Source of the DNA: Myxococcota bacterium
GTDB taxonomy: Bacteria; Myxococcota_A; Polyangia; Nannocystales; Nannocystaceae
Assembly (NCBI GenBank): GCA_039028615.1
Contig: JBCCHT010000028.1
Span: 64,001 to 128,000, forward strand
DNA: 64,000 nucleotides
Direction of reading: 5' to 3'
Shown: positions 10,701 to 19,351 of the stretch, one piece after another
Numbering within the stretch: the first letter of the stretch is position 1
Layout of the letters: every line of letters starts with the position of its first letter
Program-made: the position numbers and the translations under genes
Notes under the pieces: generated by a model
Databases searched by the model: none
What the model was told of the DNA's origin: nothing
Seen by the model: only the letters and a program-made list of their open reading frames with translations

Positions 10701-10858
10701 CGCGCCTTCGGTTCGCGCTGGCCCGGAACAAGGCCGGCTGGGACGATCCCGAGAGCGCGCGAGCGCTGGCGGACCAGGCTCGCAAGGAACTCGGGGAGCA
10801 CCTTCGCTACGCCCAGCTCCGCCGCGAGATCGGCGATTGGGCCGCCGCCCTGCCCTAA
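7793..10858 (+). CDS. Hanks-type Ser/Thr protein kinase with TM helix, Cys/Trp-containing extracellular domain and TPR repeats
   Basis: GSGAMG, VALK, HRDFKPDN, DFG, GTPAYMAPE, DQFSFC; TM segment WMPLAAVSLIAAMGIGGMVV; TPR-like helical repeats. Confidence 0.92.
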   Translation: MAESDESTLDNISESHDFDEALGVDSIDLGILEARIIAKAFGDETPSSITESGELAEASDRYVIERRLGSGAMGMVYLARDLELDRNVALKVLRPNRALGQDSSSDARLSNQIRREAQAMARLSHPNVVHVHDVGSIRGRLFVAMELVEGGTMATWLRAVDRSWREVVGVFRAAARGLHAAHEADLVHRDFKPDNVLMTHEGVAKVTDFGLARVSEELRARQGESLGPAPDDSEGASLSVGSIKGTPAYMAPEHIRGLAGDARSDQFSFCVSLYEALYGERPFHARDTVSLLANIMSGDRRPVPSRSLPRRLVALVNRGLSPSPDDRFESMAQLEAELERCELSFVRRYWMPLAAVSLIAAMGIGGMVVQRAKSRDCEREAARVDELWSSTRRNEVERAILESELPYAPPTWRAVETQLGNWTSDWRDEARQACVRREDDVMAGRRASCLEVAALDFAGTVEVLRTASPQLAPQASQLVHRIADPTRCADDTWLRTGTAPPPPPELREQVYQARQQLSQSRSLHFLGRLDEALELAQQTRETAKSLDYPALLVEAEHRVTAVELNYQPDQGASRWRDVYVMAVREDLTAIAVSAALFMIRSSTYDPGRHGEAQMWGQIAEAHISRFQEQASSLEAIRLRSLANVEARTGNLERALELARAAREMAAESLHEDDPRHAAFLMTEANAELSMNRQDSALEHIEQGLAMEHRLYGDIHPSIAGLETFRAEILMKKGQLDEAYAGLERILTIYQATLPEGHSAIGDTLANMGHVLRRQGRLEEALTRVAEGYEVSKKALGPEHDSATNAQLTMALIELDLGRLEDALTRLDKVLPAIGKQGTERELYQQALQLSSNIQFRLGRFDAADETSRKNLEIIEAITDPGHREHRYALWLRASVLRERGQLTEALSLLDRCIELPVTQPPQEPKKLQCEVARLDLWQRMSDPRGSAQALEAKLGELVDSDDEFAAEHRARLRFALARNKAGWDDPESARALADQARKELGEHLRYAQLRREIGDWAAALP

Positions 10859-10878
10859 CCGCCGGCCACCGAGCGCGT

Positions 10879-11796
10879 TCAGTGCCGAGCCAGCCACGCC
10901 GTACAGCGGGCGGCCCGTGCCTCGAAGTGCGACTGCACGACGGCGTGCAGCGCTCGCACCCGGGCGCGCTGAAATCGACGGCTCGGAAAGACGGCATGGA
11001 TGGCGACCCCGTCCCCCTCGTACTCGGGCAAGACGGGGACCAGGGTGCCCTGCTCGAGATCGTCGATGACGTCGAAGAGGCTCTTGCGGGCGATGCCCAT
11101 GCCGGCCCGCGCCCATCGTCGACACGCATAGCCATCGCCACACAGCGGGCTGTCCACGGGCACGGTCTCCGCTCGCCCGTCCCGATGCAATTGCCACGCG
11201 TCCACCGGGACTCCGGAAAGCTGCAGCGTCAGGCACCGATGCTCGGCGAGGTCTCGCGGGGTGCGGGGCATGCCGCGGTCCTTCACGTAGTCCGGGGATG
11301 CCACCAGCAGCACGGGAAACTCGGCGAGCTTGCGCACCGTGAGGCTGCTGTCGCGCAGCGGCCCGTAGCGGATCGCCATGTCGATCGCGTCACGGTGCAG
11401 GTGCTGAATCCCGTCTCCGACATGGAGCACGATCCGTAGCCTCGGGTGCTCCACGCACAGCTCGGCCACCAGCCGCTCCAGCATTTGGTGGGTCGTGTCG
11501 GTGGGCGCGCTCAGGTGCACCGTGCCTTCGAGCTCGCTTCGATGACCGCGAGCGTCGTCGAGGGTCCGCTGCCACACGTCGACGACATCGCGGCAACCAT
11601 CGACGACCACGCGCCCTTCGTCGGTCAGGTGCAGGGAACGCGTGGTCCGCTCGAACACTCGCACGCCGACGTCCTTTTCGATCCGCTGAATCGCAGCGCT
11701 CACCGCGGCGGGGGTCAGCTGCAGCTGCCCGGCAGCGAGCGTCATCGAGCCCGCGTCGGCGACCCGAACCAGCAGCTCCATCTCGCGGATCTTCAC
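10879..11796 (-). CDS. LysR-family transcriptional regulator (CrgA/DmlR-like)
   Basis: N-terminal HTH (GSMTLAAGQLQLTPAAVS...FERTTRSLHLTDEG) and substrate-binding domain (DMAIR, VASPDY). Divergent from an oxidoreductase operon. Confidence 0.93.
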   Translation of the reverse strand: MKIREMELLVRVADAGSMTLAAGQLQLTPAAVSAAIQRIEKDVGVRVFERTTRSLHLTDEGRVVVDGCRDVVDVWQRTLDDARGHRSELEGTVHLSAPTDTTHQMLERLVAELCVEHPRLRIVLHVGDGIQHLHRDAIDMAIRYGPLRDSSLTVRKLAEFPVLLVASPDYVKDRGMPRTPRDLAEHRCLTLQLSGVPVDAWQLHRDGRAETVPVDSPLCGDGYACRRWARAGMGIARKSLFDVIDDLEQGTLVPVLPEYEGDGVAIHAVFPSRRFQRARVRALHAVVQSHFEARAARCTAWLARH

Positions 11797-11806
11797 GCAT
11801 CGATTA

Positions 11807-11821
11807 TCAAACAACCATTGA
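11807..11821. promoter_or_regulatory. Putative LysR operator (TCAA-N7-TTGA dyad)
   Basis: TCAAACAACCATTGA lies in the AT-rich divergent spacer immediately upstream of the LysR start. Confidence 0.45.
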
Positions 11822-11898
11822 AAGACAAACAAGGCGCCAGGCCTACAACTGCCAGCATTTCGGCCTTATACCGAGGATGTCCTCACCCGGAGCCCACG

Positions 11899-12906
11899 AT
11901 GAACGCCGTCGTTTACAAAGAATCGCAACAGGTAGAGCCCTCAAAGGCCGCGAGCGACGCCGATTTTCCCTCGATCAATCGAGGCTACGACGCGGTGTTC
12001 CGCGCGGGTCGGCTGAGCCTCGGCCTGGTCGCGCCGATCGAGGCCTACCCGAGCGGACCGGTCCCCACCATGGCCCGCCACGTCGAGCGGGTGCGCTTGG
12101 CCGAGCAGCTCGGGTTCTCGGCGATCTGGCTGCGGGACGTGCCGTTCAACGTGCCGTCCTTCGGCGACGCGGGGCAGCTCCACGATCCCTTCGTGTACCT
12201 CGGCCTGCTGGCAGCGCACACCGAGACGCTCGCGCTCGGCGTGGCCAGCATCATCTTGCCACTGCGGCACCCGGCCCATGTCGCCAAGGCGGCCGCGAGC
12301 GCGGACGTGCTGTCCGAAGGGCGGCTCATCCTCGGCGTCGCATCGGGCGATCGACCAGCGGAGTACCCCGCCCTCGACCTGCCCTTCGTGGAACGCGGCG
12401 CCCGGTTCCGAGCCAGCTTCGAATACATCGATCGGATGCGGGAGACGGCGCCGAGCTTCGACAACCTCTACGGGAGCCCCTACGGCGGCATGGACATGCT
12501 GCCCAAGCCGAGCACAGGCCGGCTGCCCCTGCTCATCACCGGAGGAAGCCAGCAGGATCCCGACTGGATCGCCCAAAACGGCGACGGCTGGATGGTGTAC
12601 CCCCGCCACGTCTCGGCGCAGGCCGACATCATCCGCACCTGGCGAGAGCGGGTCCGGCACTTCGACCGACCGGCGAAGCCGGTGATGCAGCCGCTGTACG
12701 TCGACCTGCTCGACGATCCGGATGCACCTGCGACCCCCATCCACCTGGGCGTCCGCATCGGGGTCCGACCCCTTCGCGAGTACCTGCGCACGCTCGAGTC
12801 GATCGGCGTCAACCACGTCGCCTTGAACCTCCGCTTCAACCGAGGGGACATCGAACGCACCCTCGAACGCCTGGCCGAGGAAGTCCTGCCGGATTTCTCG
12901 ACCTGA
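11899..12906 (+). CDS. Luciferase-like (LLM-class) flavin-dependent oxidoreductase
   Basis: AEQLGFSAIWLRDVP, DPFVYLG, PLRHP, GRLILGVASGDRPAEY. Confidence 0.9.
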   Translation: MNAVVYKESQQVEPSKAASDADFPSINRGYDAVFRAGRLSLGLVAPIEAYPSGPVPTMARHVERVRLAEQLGFSAIWLRDVPFNVPSFGDAGQLHDPFVYLGLLAAHTETLALGVASIILPLRHPAHVAKAAASADVLSEGRLILGVASGDRPAEYPALDLPFVERGARFRASFEYIDRMRETAPSFDNLYGSPYGGMDMLPKPSTGRLPLLITGGSQQDPDWIAQNGDGWMVYPRHVSAQADIIRTWRERVRHFDRPAKPVMQPLYVDLLDDPDAPATPIHLGVRIGVRPLREYLRTLESIGVNHVALNLRFNRGDIERTLERLAEEVLPDFST

Positions 12907-12917
12907 GGACCACTGCC

Positions 12918-13730
12918 ATGACCACGCAAACGAAGACCATCCTGCTCACCGGATCCACCGACGGCATCGGGCTCGAGACGGCTCGAATGCTCGCAGCGTC
13001 GGGACACCACCTGCTGCTCCACGGGCGCAACGCCGACAAGCTCGACCGGGTCGTCGACGAAGTGTCCGGGATCGCATCCGCGGGCCCCGTCGAGCGCTAC
13101 GTCGCCGATCTCTCCACGATGGCGGACGTCGACGCCATGGCCCAGGCGATCGCCGACGCCCACTCGCACCTCGACGTGCTCATCAACAACGCGGGCGTGT
13201 TCAACACCTCCACGCCCATCACCCCCGAGGGGCTCGACGTTCGCTTCGTCGTCAACACGCTCGCCCCCTACCGGCTCACCCAGCGCTTGCTACCCCTGAT
13301 GAACGCCTCGGGTCGTGTGGTGAACCTGTCGTCGGCGGCCCAGTCCCCCGTGTCCATCGACGCGATGCTCGGCTCGACTCGGCTCTCCGATTTCGAGGCC
13401 TACGCCCAGAGCAAGCTGGCCATCACCATGTGGTCGCGGACGCTGGCGAAGTCGCTCGGTGAAGCGGGCCCGGTGGTGGTCTCCGTGAACCCGGCCTCGA
13501 TGCTCGGCACGAAGATGGTCAAGGACGCCTTCGGCGTCTCGGGCAACGACATCAGCATCGGCGCCGACATCCTCGTCCGCGCCGCGACGTCGGACGAGTT
13601 CGCCGACGCGTCGGGCAAGTACTACGACAACGATGCCCGTCGGTTCGGCCCTCCCCACGCGCACGCGCTCGACGACCAGCGCTGTGCACCGGTCCTCGAG
13701 GCGATCGAGACGTTGCTGGCGCGCAGCTGA
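12918..13730 (+). CDS. Short-chain dehydrogenase/reductase
   Basis: TGSTDGIG, LINNAG, NLSS, YAQSK; RBS GAGGA upstream. Confidence 0.92.
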   Translation: MTTQTKTILLTGSTDGIGLETARMLAASGHHLLLHGRNADKLDRVVDEVSGIASAGPVERYVADLSTMADVDAMAQAIADAHSHLDVLINNAGVFNTSTPITPEGLDVRFVVNTLAPYRLTQRLLPLMNASGRVVNLSSAAQSPVSIDAMLGSTRLSDFEAYAQSKLAITMWSRTLAKSLGEAGPVVVSVNPASMLGTKMVKDAFGVSGNDISIGADILVRAATSDEFADASGKYYDNDARRFGPPHAHALDDQRCAPVLEAIETLLARS

Positions 13731-13739
13731 GCGCTCGGC

Positions 13740-14744
13740 TCAGCCGACCTTCAGCACCAGCTTGCCGAGCTTTTCCCCGGTGAACAGCCGGCTCAGCGCT
13801 CCGGCGAAGTCGTCGATGCCTTCGACCACCGTCTCGCGGTACTTCAGCTTGCCCGAGGCGAGCCAAGGCCCCATCTGTGCGATGGCTTCGCCGTAGCGCT
13901 TGGCATAGTCGAACACCACGAAGCCCTCCATCCGCGCGCGCGAGACCAACAGCGACAGGTAGTTGGAGGGCCCGGCCGTCTTGTCGAGGTTGTTGTACTG
14001 GGAAATCGCGCCGCAGATGACCACGCGCGCCTGCATGGCCAGGCGACCGAGGGCCAGGTCGAGGATCTCGCCACCCACGTTGTCGAAATACACGTCGATA
14101 CGATCGGGGCAGGTTTCCTTGAGCCGCGCGCGGACGTTGTCGTTCTTGTAATCGATGGCGGCATCGAAGCCGAGGTCCTCGACCAGGTGCGTGCACTTGT
14201 CCGGGCCTCCGGCGATGCCCACCGCCCGCGCGCCCTTGATCTTGGCGATCTGGCCGACCAACGAGCCCACCGCTCCGGCTGCCCCGGATACGAGCACGGT
14301 GTCGCCTTCTTTGACCGCCCCCACCTCGAGCAAGCCGAAGTAGGCGGTGAGGCCCGGCATGCCCAAGACCCCGAGATAGGCGGACAGCGGCGCGAGCTTC
14401 GGATCGACGCGCTGCAGCCCCTTGCCCGGGACCCGCGCCAGCGACTGCACCCCGAACAGGCCGGTCACGTGGTCCCCCTCGGAGAAGTTGGGATGACGCG
14501 AGGCCACCACCTGCCCCACCGCGCCCGCGCGCATCACTTCGCCCAGGCCGACGGGCGGCACATAGGAACGGGCATCCCGCATCCAGCCCCGCATGGCCGG
14601 GTCGAGCGACACGTAGCGGACCTCGACCAGGACCTCGCCGTCTTCAGGCTCGGCGACCGGCGTGGTCCGGGACTCGAAGTCGTCCGCGACGGGCAGGCCC
14701 TCGGGGCGACGAGTGAGGATGACTTGATGGCTGGATCGCGTCAT
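13740..14744 (-). CDS. NADP-dependent oxidoreductase (MDR, prostaglandin reductase/CurA-like)
   Basis: SLDPAMRGWM, LGMPGLTAYFGL, SGAAGAVGS, YFDNVGG, CGAISQYN. Confidence 0.92.
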   Translation of the reverse strand: MTRSSHQVILTRRPEGLPVADDFESRTTPVAEPEDGEVLVEVRYVSLDPAMRGWMRDARSYVPPVGLGEVMRAGAVGQVVASRHPNFSEGDHVTGLFGVQSLARVPGKGLQRVDPKLAPLSAYLGVLGMPGLTAYFGLLEVGAVKEGDTVLVSGAAGAVGSLVGQIAKIKGARAVGIAGGPDKCTHLVEDLGFDAAIDYKNDNVRARLKETCPDRIDVYFDNVGGEILDLALGRLAMQARVVICGAISQYNNLDKTAGPSNYLSLLVSRARMEGFVVFDYAKRYGEAIAQMGPWLASGKLKYRETVVEGIDDFAGALSRLFTGEKLGKLVLKVG

Positions 14745-14845
14745 GGATCGACTCCTGGCCGCTTTCCCCCGGAACATGGGGCGATGCGAGCGACCGGAGC
14801 ATCGTACTCGCGAAACGTTCCTCTGCTAGCATCCCCAGCCACGTC

Positions 14846-16477
14846 ATGCGCTGGAGCCGACGAAAGGTGCTGGGCACCACCGCCTCGGGCCTCGCCGGTC
14901 TCTCCGTGGGCTGCCCCCGACCGGCGCCCGCGGTGGAGCGGAGCTTCGTCGGCCAGGATCCCGCCCGCGGTCACCTGCTGCGCGACGGCGCCATCGCATC
15001 CGCCCCCGTCAGCGACCGCGTGTCCTGCGACGTGCTCATCGTGGGTGGGGGCGCCGCGGGCATGGCCGCCGCCTGGCGGCTACAGCGGGCGGGCGAGTCG
15101 AACGTGCACGTGCTGGAGCTCGAGCCCGAGCTGGGCGGGACCGCTCGCGGCGGCCAGACTCCGCGCTCGCGCTACCCGATGGGCGCGCACTACCTGCCGA
15201 CGCCACACCACGAGTTCACCGCGCTCCAGACCTTGCTCGCCGACCTCGGGGTCCTGACCCGTCGCGCCAAGCACGGCCCCGAGTACGACCCGCGCGTCGT
15301 GTGCCGTGCCCCCCTCGAGCGCCACCGCTTTCGCGGCAAGTGGGAAGAAGGCCTGTATCCCGGCGCCGGCCAGAGCCCGGAAGAAGAAGCGCAGTGGGTG
15401 CGCTGGCGAGCCCACCTCGCCGAACTCGACAAGCGCCGCGGCGCCGACGGACGGCGCCTGTTCACGCTGCCCGTCGCCGACAGCAGCACCGAGCTTCGCG
15501 ACCTCGACCAGATCTCCATGGCGACCTATCTCGATCGCCTGGGCCTCACCAGCTGGCGCCTGCGCTGGGCGGTCGACTACGCCTGCCGCGACGACTACGG
15601 CTGCACCATCGAGCAGGCGTCCGCCTTCGCCGGCCTCCATCACTATCTGTGTCGTGGCCTCGACAACGACGAGCACGAGCGCTTCATCCTGACCTGGCCC
15701 CAGGGCAACGCCCGGCTGGTCGAGCTGATGGCCGAAGCGGCGCGGCTCGAGGATCGGGTGCACCGCGACACGGTCGCGTTCCAGATCGATCCCGACTCGG
15801 GCACGGTGACCGCCTACGACTACGGTGCGCAGCGCCAGCGCGTCTTCGAGGCCAAGCAGGTGCTGTGGGCCGCCCCGCGCTTCATCTTGCCGCGGGTGCT
15901 GCCGCCGGGGCGCGACCCCATGGAGCGCGACGCCCTGACCTACAGCCCGTGGCTGGTGGCCAGCGTCGAGCTCAGCCAGCGCCCGGGTGGCATCGGTGCG
16001 GCGCTGAGCTGGGACAACGTGCCCGTGCACGCCGACAACCTCGGCTACGTGGTCGCCACCCACCTCGAGCCGCTCACCCAGCGCAACGCCGAGGGCACGG
16101 TCATCACCTACTACCAGCCCATGCCCGCCGATGACGTGGAGGGCTTGCGGCAGCGCCGGACCGATCTGCTGGCGGGGTCGCTCGATCACTGGTGCGACCA
16201 CGTGGGCAACGAGCTCGAGGCCATGCACCCCGGCATCGGGGCCACCGTCCGCCGCATGCACATCGCTCGCTGGGGCCATGCCATGATCCGCCCCGTCCCT
16301 GGTGTGCTCTTCGGTCCTGGCCGTGCGACCGCGGCCGCCCCCGTCGGTCGCATTCAGCCCTGCTCGACCGATGTCGCCGGGCTCCCCCTGTTCGAAGAAG
16401 CCTTCTGTGCGGGCGTTCGGGCGGCCGAGCTGGCCGTGGCTCGCCTGGGTCGACCCGTCTCGGATCCACTGTCATGA
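14846..16477 (+). CDS. FAD-dependent oxidoreductase (amine oxidase-like) with Tat/lipoprotein signal
   Basis: SRRKVL twin-arginine motif and SVGC lipobox-like motif; IVGGGAAG Rossmann motif, LELEPELGG, GAHYLP, YACRDDYG, RWGHAM. Confidence 0.85.
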   Translation: MRWSRRKVLGTTASGLAGLSVGCPRPAPAVERSFVGQDPARGHLLRDGAIASAPVSDRVSCDVLIVGGGAAGMAAAWRLQRAGESNVHVLELEPELGGTARGGQTPRSRYPMGAHYLPTPHHEFTALQTLLADLGVLTRRAKHGPEYDPRVVCRAPLERHRFRGKWEEGLYPGAGQSPEEEAQWVRWRAHLAELDKRRGADGRRLFTLPVADSSTELRDLDQISMATYLDRLGLTSWRLRWAVDYACRDDYGCTIEQASAFAGLHHYLCRGLDNDEHERFILTWPQGNARLVELMAEAARLEDRVHRDTVAFQIDPDSGTVTAYDYGAQRQRVFEAKQVLWAAPRFILPRVLPPGRDPMERDALTYSPWLVASVELSQRPGGIGAALSWDNVPVHADNLGYVVATHLEPLTQRNAEGTVITYYQPMPADDVEGLRQRRTDLLAGSLDHWCDHVGNELEAMHPGIGATVRRMHIARWGHAMIRPVPGVLFGPGRATAAAPVGRIQPCSTDVAGLPLFEEAFCAGVRAAELAVARLGRPVSDPLS

Positions 16478-17559
16478 GCGCGGCGCCCCATGCCCTGCTG
16501 GGCCGGCCCGCCCAGGACTTTGCATGGTTCGTCGGTCCCGGCATCGCCGCAGCGGCGGTCGCGGTTGTGCTGGGCATGCTCGACCCGCGCGGCGACGCGG
16601 CGGACACGGGCGTCGGTCTGTGGATCGTCGGCGTGCTGCTCGTCGACGTCGCCCACGTCTGGGCCTCGCTGTACCGCACCTACCTCGACCCGGTCGCCCG
16701 CGAGCACCATCGCCATCGGCTCATCCTCGCGCCGCTGGTGTGTGCGGGAGCCGGGGTCGCGCTGCACCTGGTGTCCTCGGCGCTGTTCTGGAGCGTGCTG
16801 GCGTACGTCGCGATCTTCCACTTCATCAAGCAGCACGTCGGCTTCGCCATGATCTACGTGCGAGCCGGGGGCGAAGGCCCACGCGACCGACGTCTCGTCG
16901 AGGCTGCCGTCTGGGCGGGCACCGCCGGGCCCGTGCTGTGGTGGCACGCCAACCTGCCCACCCAGTTCGTCTGGTTCCTCCCCGGCGACCTGCTCACCGG
17001 GGTGCCCGCCTGGCTCGGCACCGTCGCGCTGTGGGGTCAGCTGCCGATCTGGCTGGCGTTCATCGGCCGCCGCGTCCAGCTGCGACGACAGGGCCGCAGT
17101 CACCCCCTGGTCGACTGGTTGGTGCTCGTGCCCGCGCTCAACTGGCACCTGGGCATCGTGGTCTTCGACGACGATCGCATCTTCACCATCACCAACGTGT
17201 TCCTGCACGGTATCCCCTATCTCGCCCTGGTGTGGGTCGCCGGGGGTCGCAGCCGCGTGCAGCAGCTGCTCGGGCCCCGCTCCCGCGGCATCCCAGTGCT
17301 GCTGGCCCTCTACTACGGGGTGCTCGTCGTGCTCGCCACCACCGAGGAAGCGCTGTGGGACCGGCTCGTGTGGCACGACCACGCGATGCTCTTCGGCGAC
17401 AGCGCCTTCGAGGTGCCCGGCGACTCGTTGGTCATGGCCCTCATCGTCGCCGGCCTCACCGTGCCCCAAGCCACCCACTACATCCTCGATCGCTTCATCT
17501 GGCGCGTCGGCCCCCAAAATCCCGCCTTGGCCCGCCAGCTCGGGCTGTCCTCGCGATGA
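16474..17559 (+). CDS. Integral membrane protein with His-containing motifs in TM helices
   Basis: About 9-10 hydrophobic segments; DVAHV, FHFIKQH, LHGIPY, THYILD. ATGA overlaps on both sides. Confidence 0.75.
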   Translation: MSAAPHALLGRPAQDFAWFVGPGIAAAAVAVVLGMLDPRGDAADTGVGLWIVGVLLVDVAHVWASLYRTYLDPVAREHHRHRLILAPLVCAGAGVALHLVSSALFWSVLAYVAIFHFIKQHVGFAMIYVRAGGEGPRDRRLVEAAVWAGTAGPVLWWHANLPTQFVWFLPGDLLTGVPAWLGTVALWGQLPIWLAFIGRRVQLRRQGRSHPLVDWLVLVPALNWHLGIVVFDDDRIFTITNVFLHGIPYLALVWVAGGRSRVQQLLGPRSRGIPVLLALYYGVLVVLATTEEALWDRLVWHDHAMLFGDSAFEVPGDSLVMALIVAGLTVPQATHYILDRFIWRVGPQNPALARQLGLSSR

Positions 17560-18479
17560 ACGACCCGCTCGCCTCGCGGCTGCTCGACGACGCGATCATG
17601 CTGCTCGACGGCGGCCTCGCCACGGAGCTCGAGGCCCGCGGTCACGACCTCGACGATCCCTTGTGGTCGGCGCGACTGCTCATCGACGACCCCGAGGCCA
17701 TTGCTGCCGTCCATCGCACCTATCTCGAAGCGGGCGCCGACGTGGCCACCGCGGCCAGCTACCAAGCCAGCCTCCCCGGCCTCCGGGCGCGCGGCCTCGA
17801 TGAATCCGATGCCCGGCACGTGCTGCTACGCGCCGTCGAGCTCGCTCGCGAGGCATGCACGGATGCCGCCTCGAACGACCCCGAGCGAGCACGCCCCTTG
17901 GCCGTCGCCTCGTTGGGTGCCTACGGTGCCTTCTTGGCCGACGGCTCCGAGTATCGCGGCGACTACACCGCCTCCGACGCCACCCTTCAGCGCTACCACC
18001 TCGAACGCCTGGAGCTGCTCGCCTCCCACGCCGACCTCGTCGCCTTCGAGACGATTCCCTGCCTGCGCGAAGCCGAGTGCATCGCCCGCGTGCTCGAGCG
18101 CAGCCCGGCTCCCGCGTGGGTCTCGTTCTGTGCCCGCGACGACGCCCACGTCGGCCACGGCGAGACCATCGAGCGCTGCGCCGCGGCCGTGCTCGGCAGC
18201 CCCAGCGTCGTCGCGGTCGGCATCAACTGTTGCGCGCCTGGTCATGTCGAGGGCCTGCTGCGCCGCCTCGCCGCCATCACCGACCGCCCCTTGCTCGCCT
18301 ACCCCAACGCGGGCGAGCGCTATGCCGACGGCGGCTGGTGTGGATCGCGATCGACCCCGGAGCAGCTCGTGGCCCTGGCCGATCGCTGGGTCGACGCAGG
18401 AGCCCGAATCCTGGGCGGCTGCTGCCGTACGGGGCCGGACCACATCGCCGCCCTCGACCGGTGGAGACGCCAGCGCTGA
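17556..18479 (+). CDS. mmuM: Homocysteine S-methyltransferase
   Basis: LLDGGLATELE, LWSA, GAYGAFLADGSEY, FETIP, GINC, YPNAG, GGCC (Zn ligands). Confidence 0.92.
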   Translation: MNDPLASRLLDDAIMLLDGGLATELEARGHDLDDPLWSARLLIDDPEAIAAVHRTYLEAGADVATAASYQASLPGLRARGLDESDARHVLLRAVELAREACTDAASNDPERARPLAVASLGAYGAFLADGSEYRGDYTASDATLQRYHLERLELLASHADLVAFETIPCLREAECIARVLERSPAPAWVSFCARDDAHVGHGETIERCAAAVLGSPSVVAVGINCCAPGHVEGLLRRLAAITDRPLLAYPNAGERYADGGWCGSRSTPEQLVALADRWVDAGARILGGCCRTGPDHIAALDRWRRQR

Positions 18480-18513
18480 CGGACGCCGAGCGAGCTGCTA
18501 CCCTCCGCCCGCC

Positions 18514-18969
18514 ATGTCTCTGCGCGAAGATCTCGAAGCCCGACTCCGACAGGCCCGCAAGGACCGCGACGAGCGGACGAAGAACGTGATCAACCTGCTC
18601 AAGAACAAGGTGCTCACCGTTCTCAAGTCCGGCAAGGGCGTCGAGGAGAGCGACGAGCTGTGGCTGGAGACCGTGGCGGCGTACGCCAAGCAGGTCCAAA
18701 AGGCGATCCCAGAGTTCGAGAAGGCGGGGGAGCGGGGCAAGGAAGCGGTCGAAGAGGCACGCTTCGAGCTCGCGTTCTGCCAGCAGTTCCTGCCCTCCAA
18801 GCTCGACGAGGCGGCCACGGAGGCCCTGGTCCGCAAGCTCATCGCCGACAACGGGATCAACAGTCCCAAGATGATGGGCAAGCTGATGGGGCTGCTGATG
18901 AAGGGCCACAAAGACGAACTCGACGGAACGCTGGCGCGCACGGTGGCGCAGCGCGTCCTGAGCGAGTAA
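18514..18969 (+). CDS. GatB/YqeY domain protein
   Basis: 151 aa, all-helical; ARKDRD, FLPSKLDE, KMMGKLMG, LDG. Confidence 0.85.
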   Translation: MSLREDLEARLRQARKDRDERTKNVINLLKNKVLTVLKSGKGVEESDELWLETVAAYAKQVQKAIPEFEKAGERGKEAVEEARFELAFCQQFLPSKLDEAATEALVRKLIADNGINSPKMMGKLMGLLMKGHKDELDGTLARTVAQRVLSE

Positions 18970-18974
18970 TGCGG

Positions 18975-19292
18975 GCCCTCAGCTGAGGGCATCCGAACGG
19001 ACTGCCCTTTGGATGCGTGGTTTGTCGGTCAAGCTGCTCGTCGGAGTGGCTGACTTTGGCGATGACCTCGGGAAGGGTTGTACTGGAGTCCTCGAAGGTT
19101 GGTGACCGCTGCGGTGCACGGGGCCACCAACCTTCGAGGACTCCAGCACATCCCCTCCCGAGGTCATCGCCAAACCCAACCACTCCGACAAGCAGCTTTT
19201 TTCAGCCGCCCTCGAGCAAACCCCATCTTCGGTCCATCGCCAAAGTCAGCCCCTCCGACGAGCAACCTTCTCAGCTGCCCTCGAGCAGCCCC
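18975..19292. repeat. Structured intergenic element: 77-bp inverted repeat, ~58-bp direct repeat and small hairpins (REP/MITE-like)
   Basis: Arms 19031-19107 and 19122-19198 (8 mismatches). Direct copies 19165-19224 and 19235-19292. Palindrome GCCCTCAGCTGAGGGC at 18975-18990. Hairpin at 18989-19016. Confidence 0.85.
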
Positions 19293-19351
19293 TTGTCCGC
19301 GTGACCACCAACGGCCAGCCCACTCGGCCCCGGCGAACCCAGCCCCACAGC

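Noticed and set aside
18975..19292. CRISPR array or short ORFs in the repeat region
   Set aside because: There are only two direct copies plus one inverted copy, no spacer periodicity and no cas genes. The mirror-image ORFs simply reflect the palindrome.
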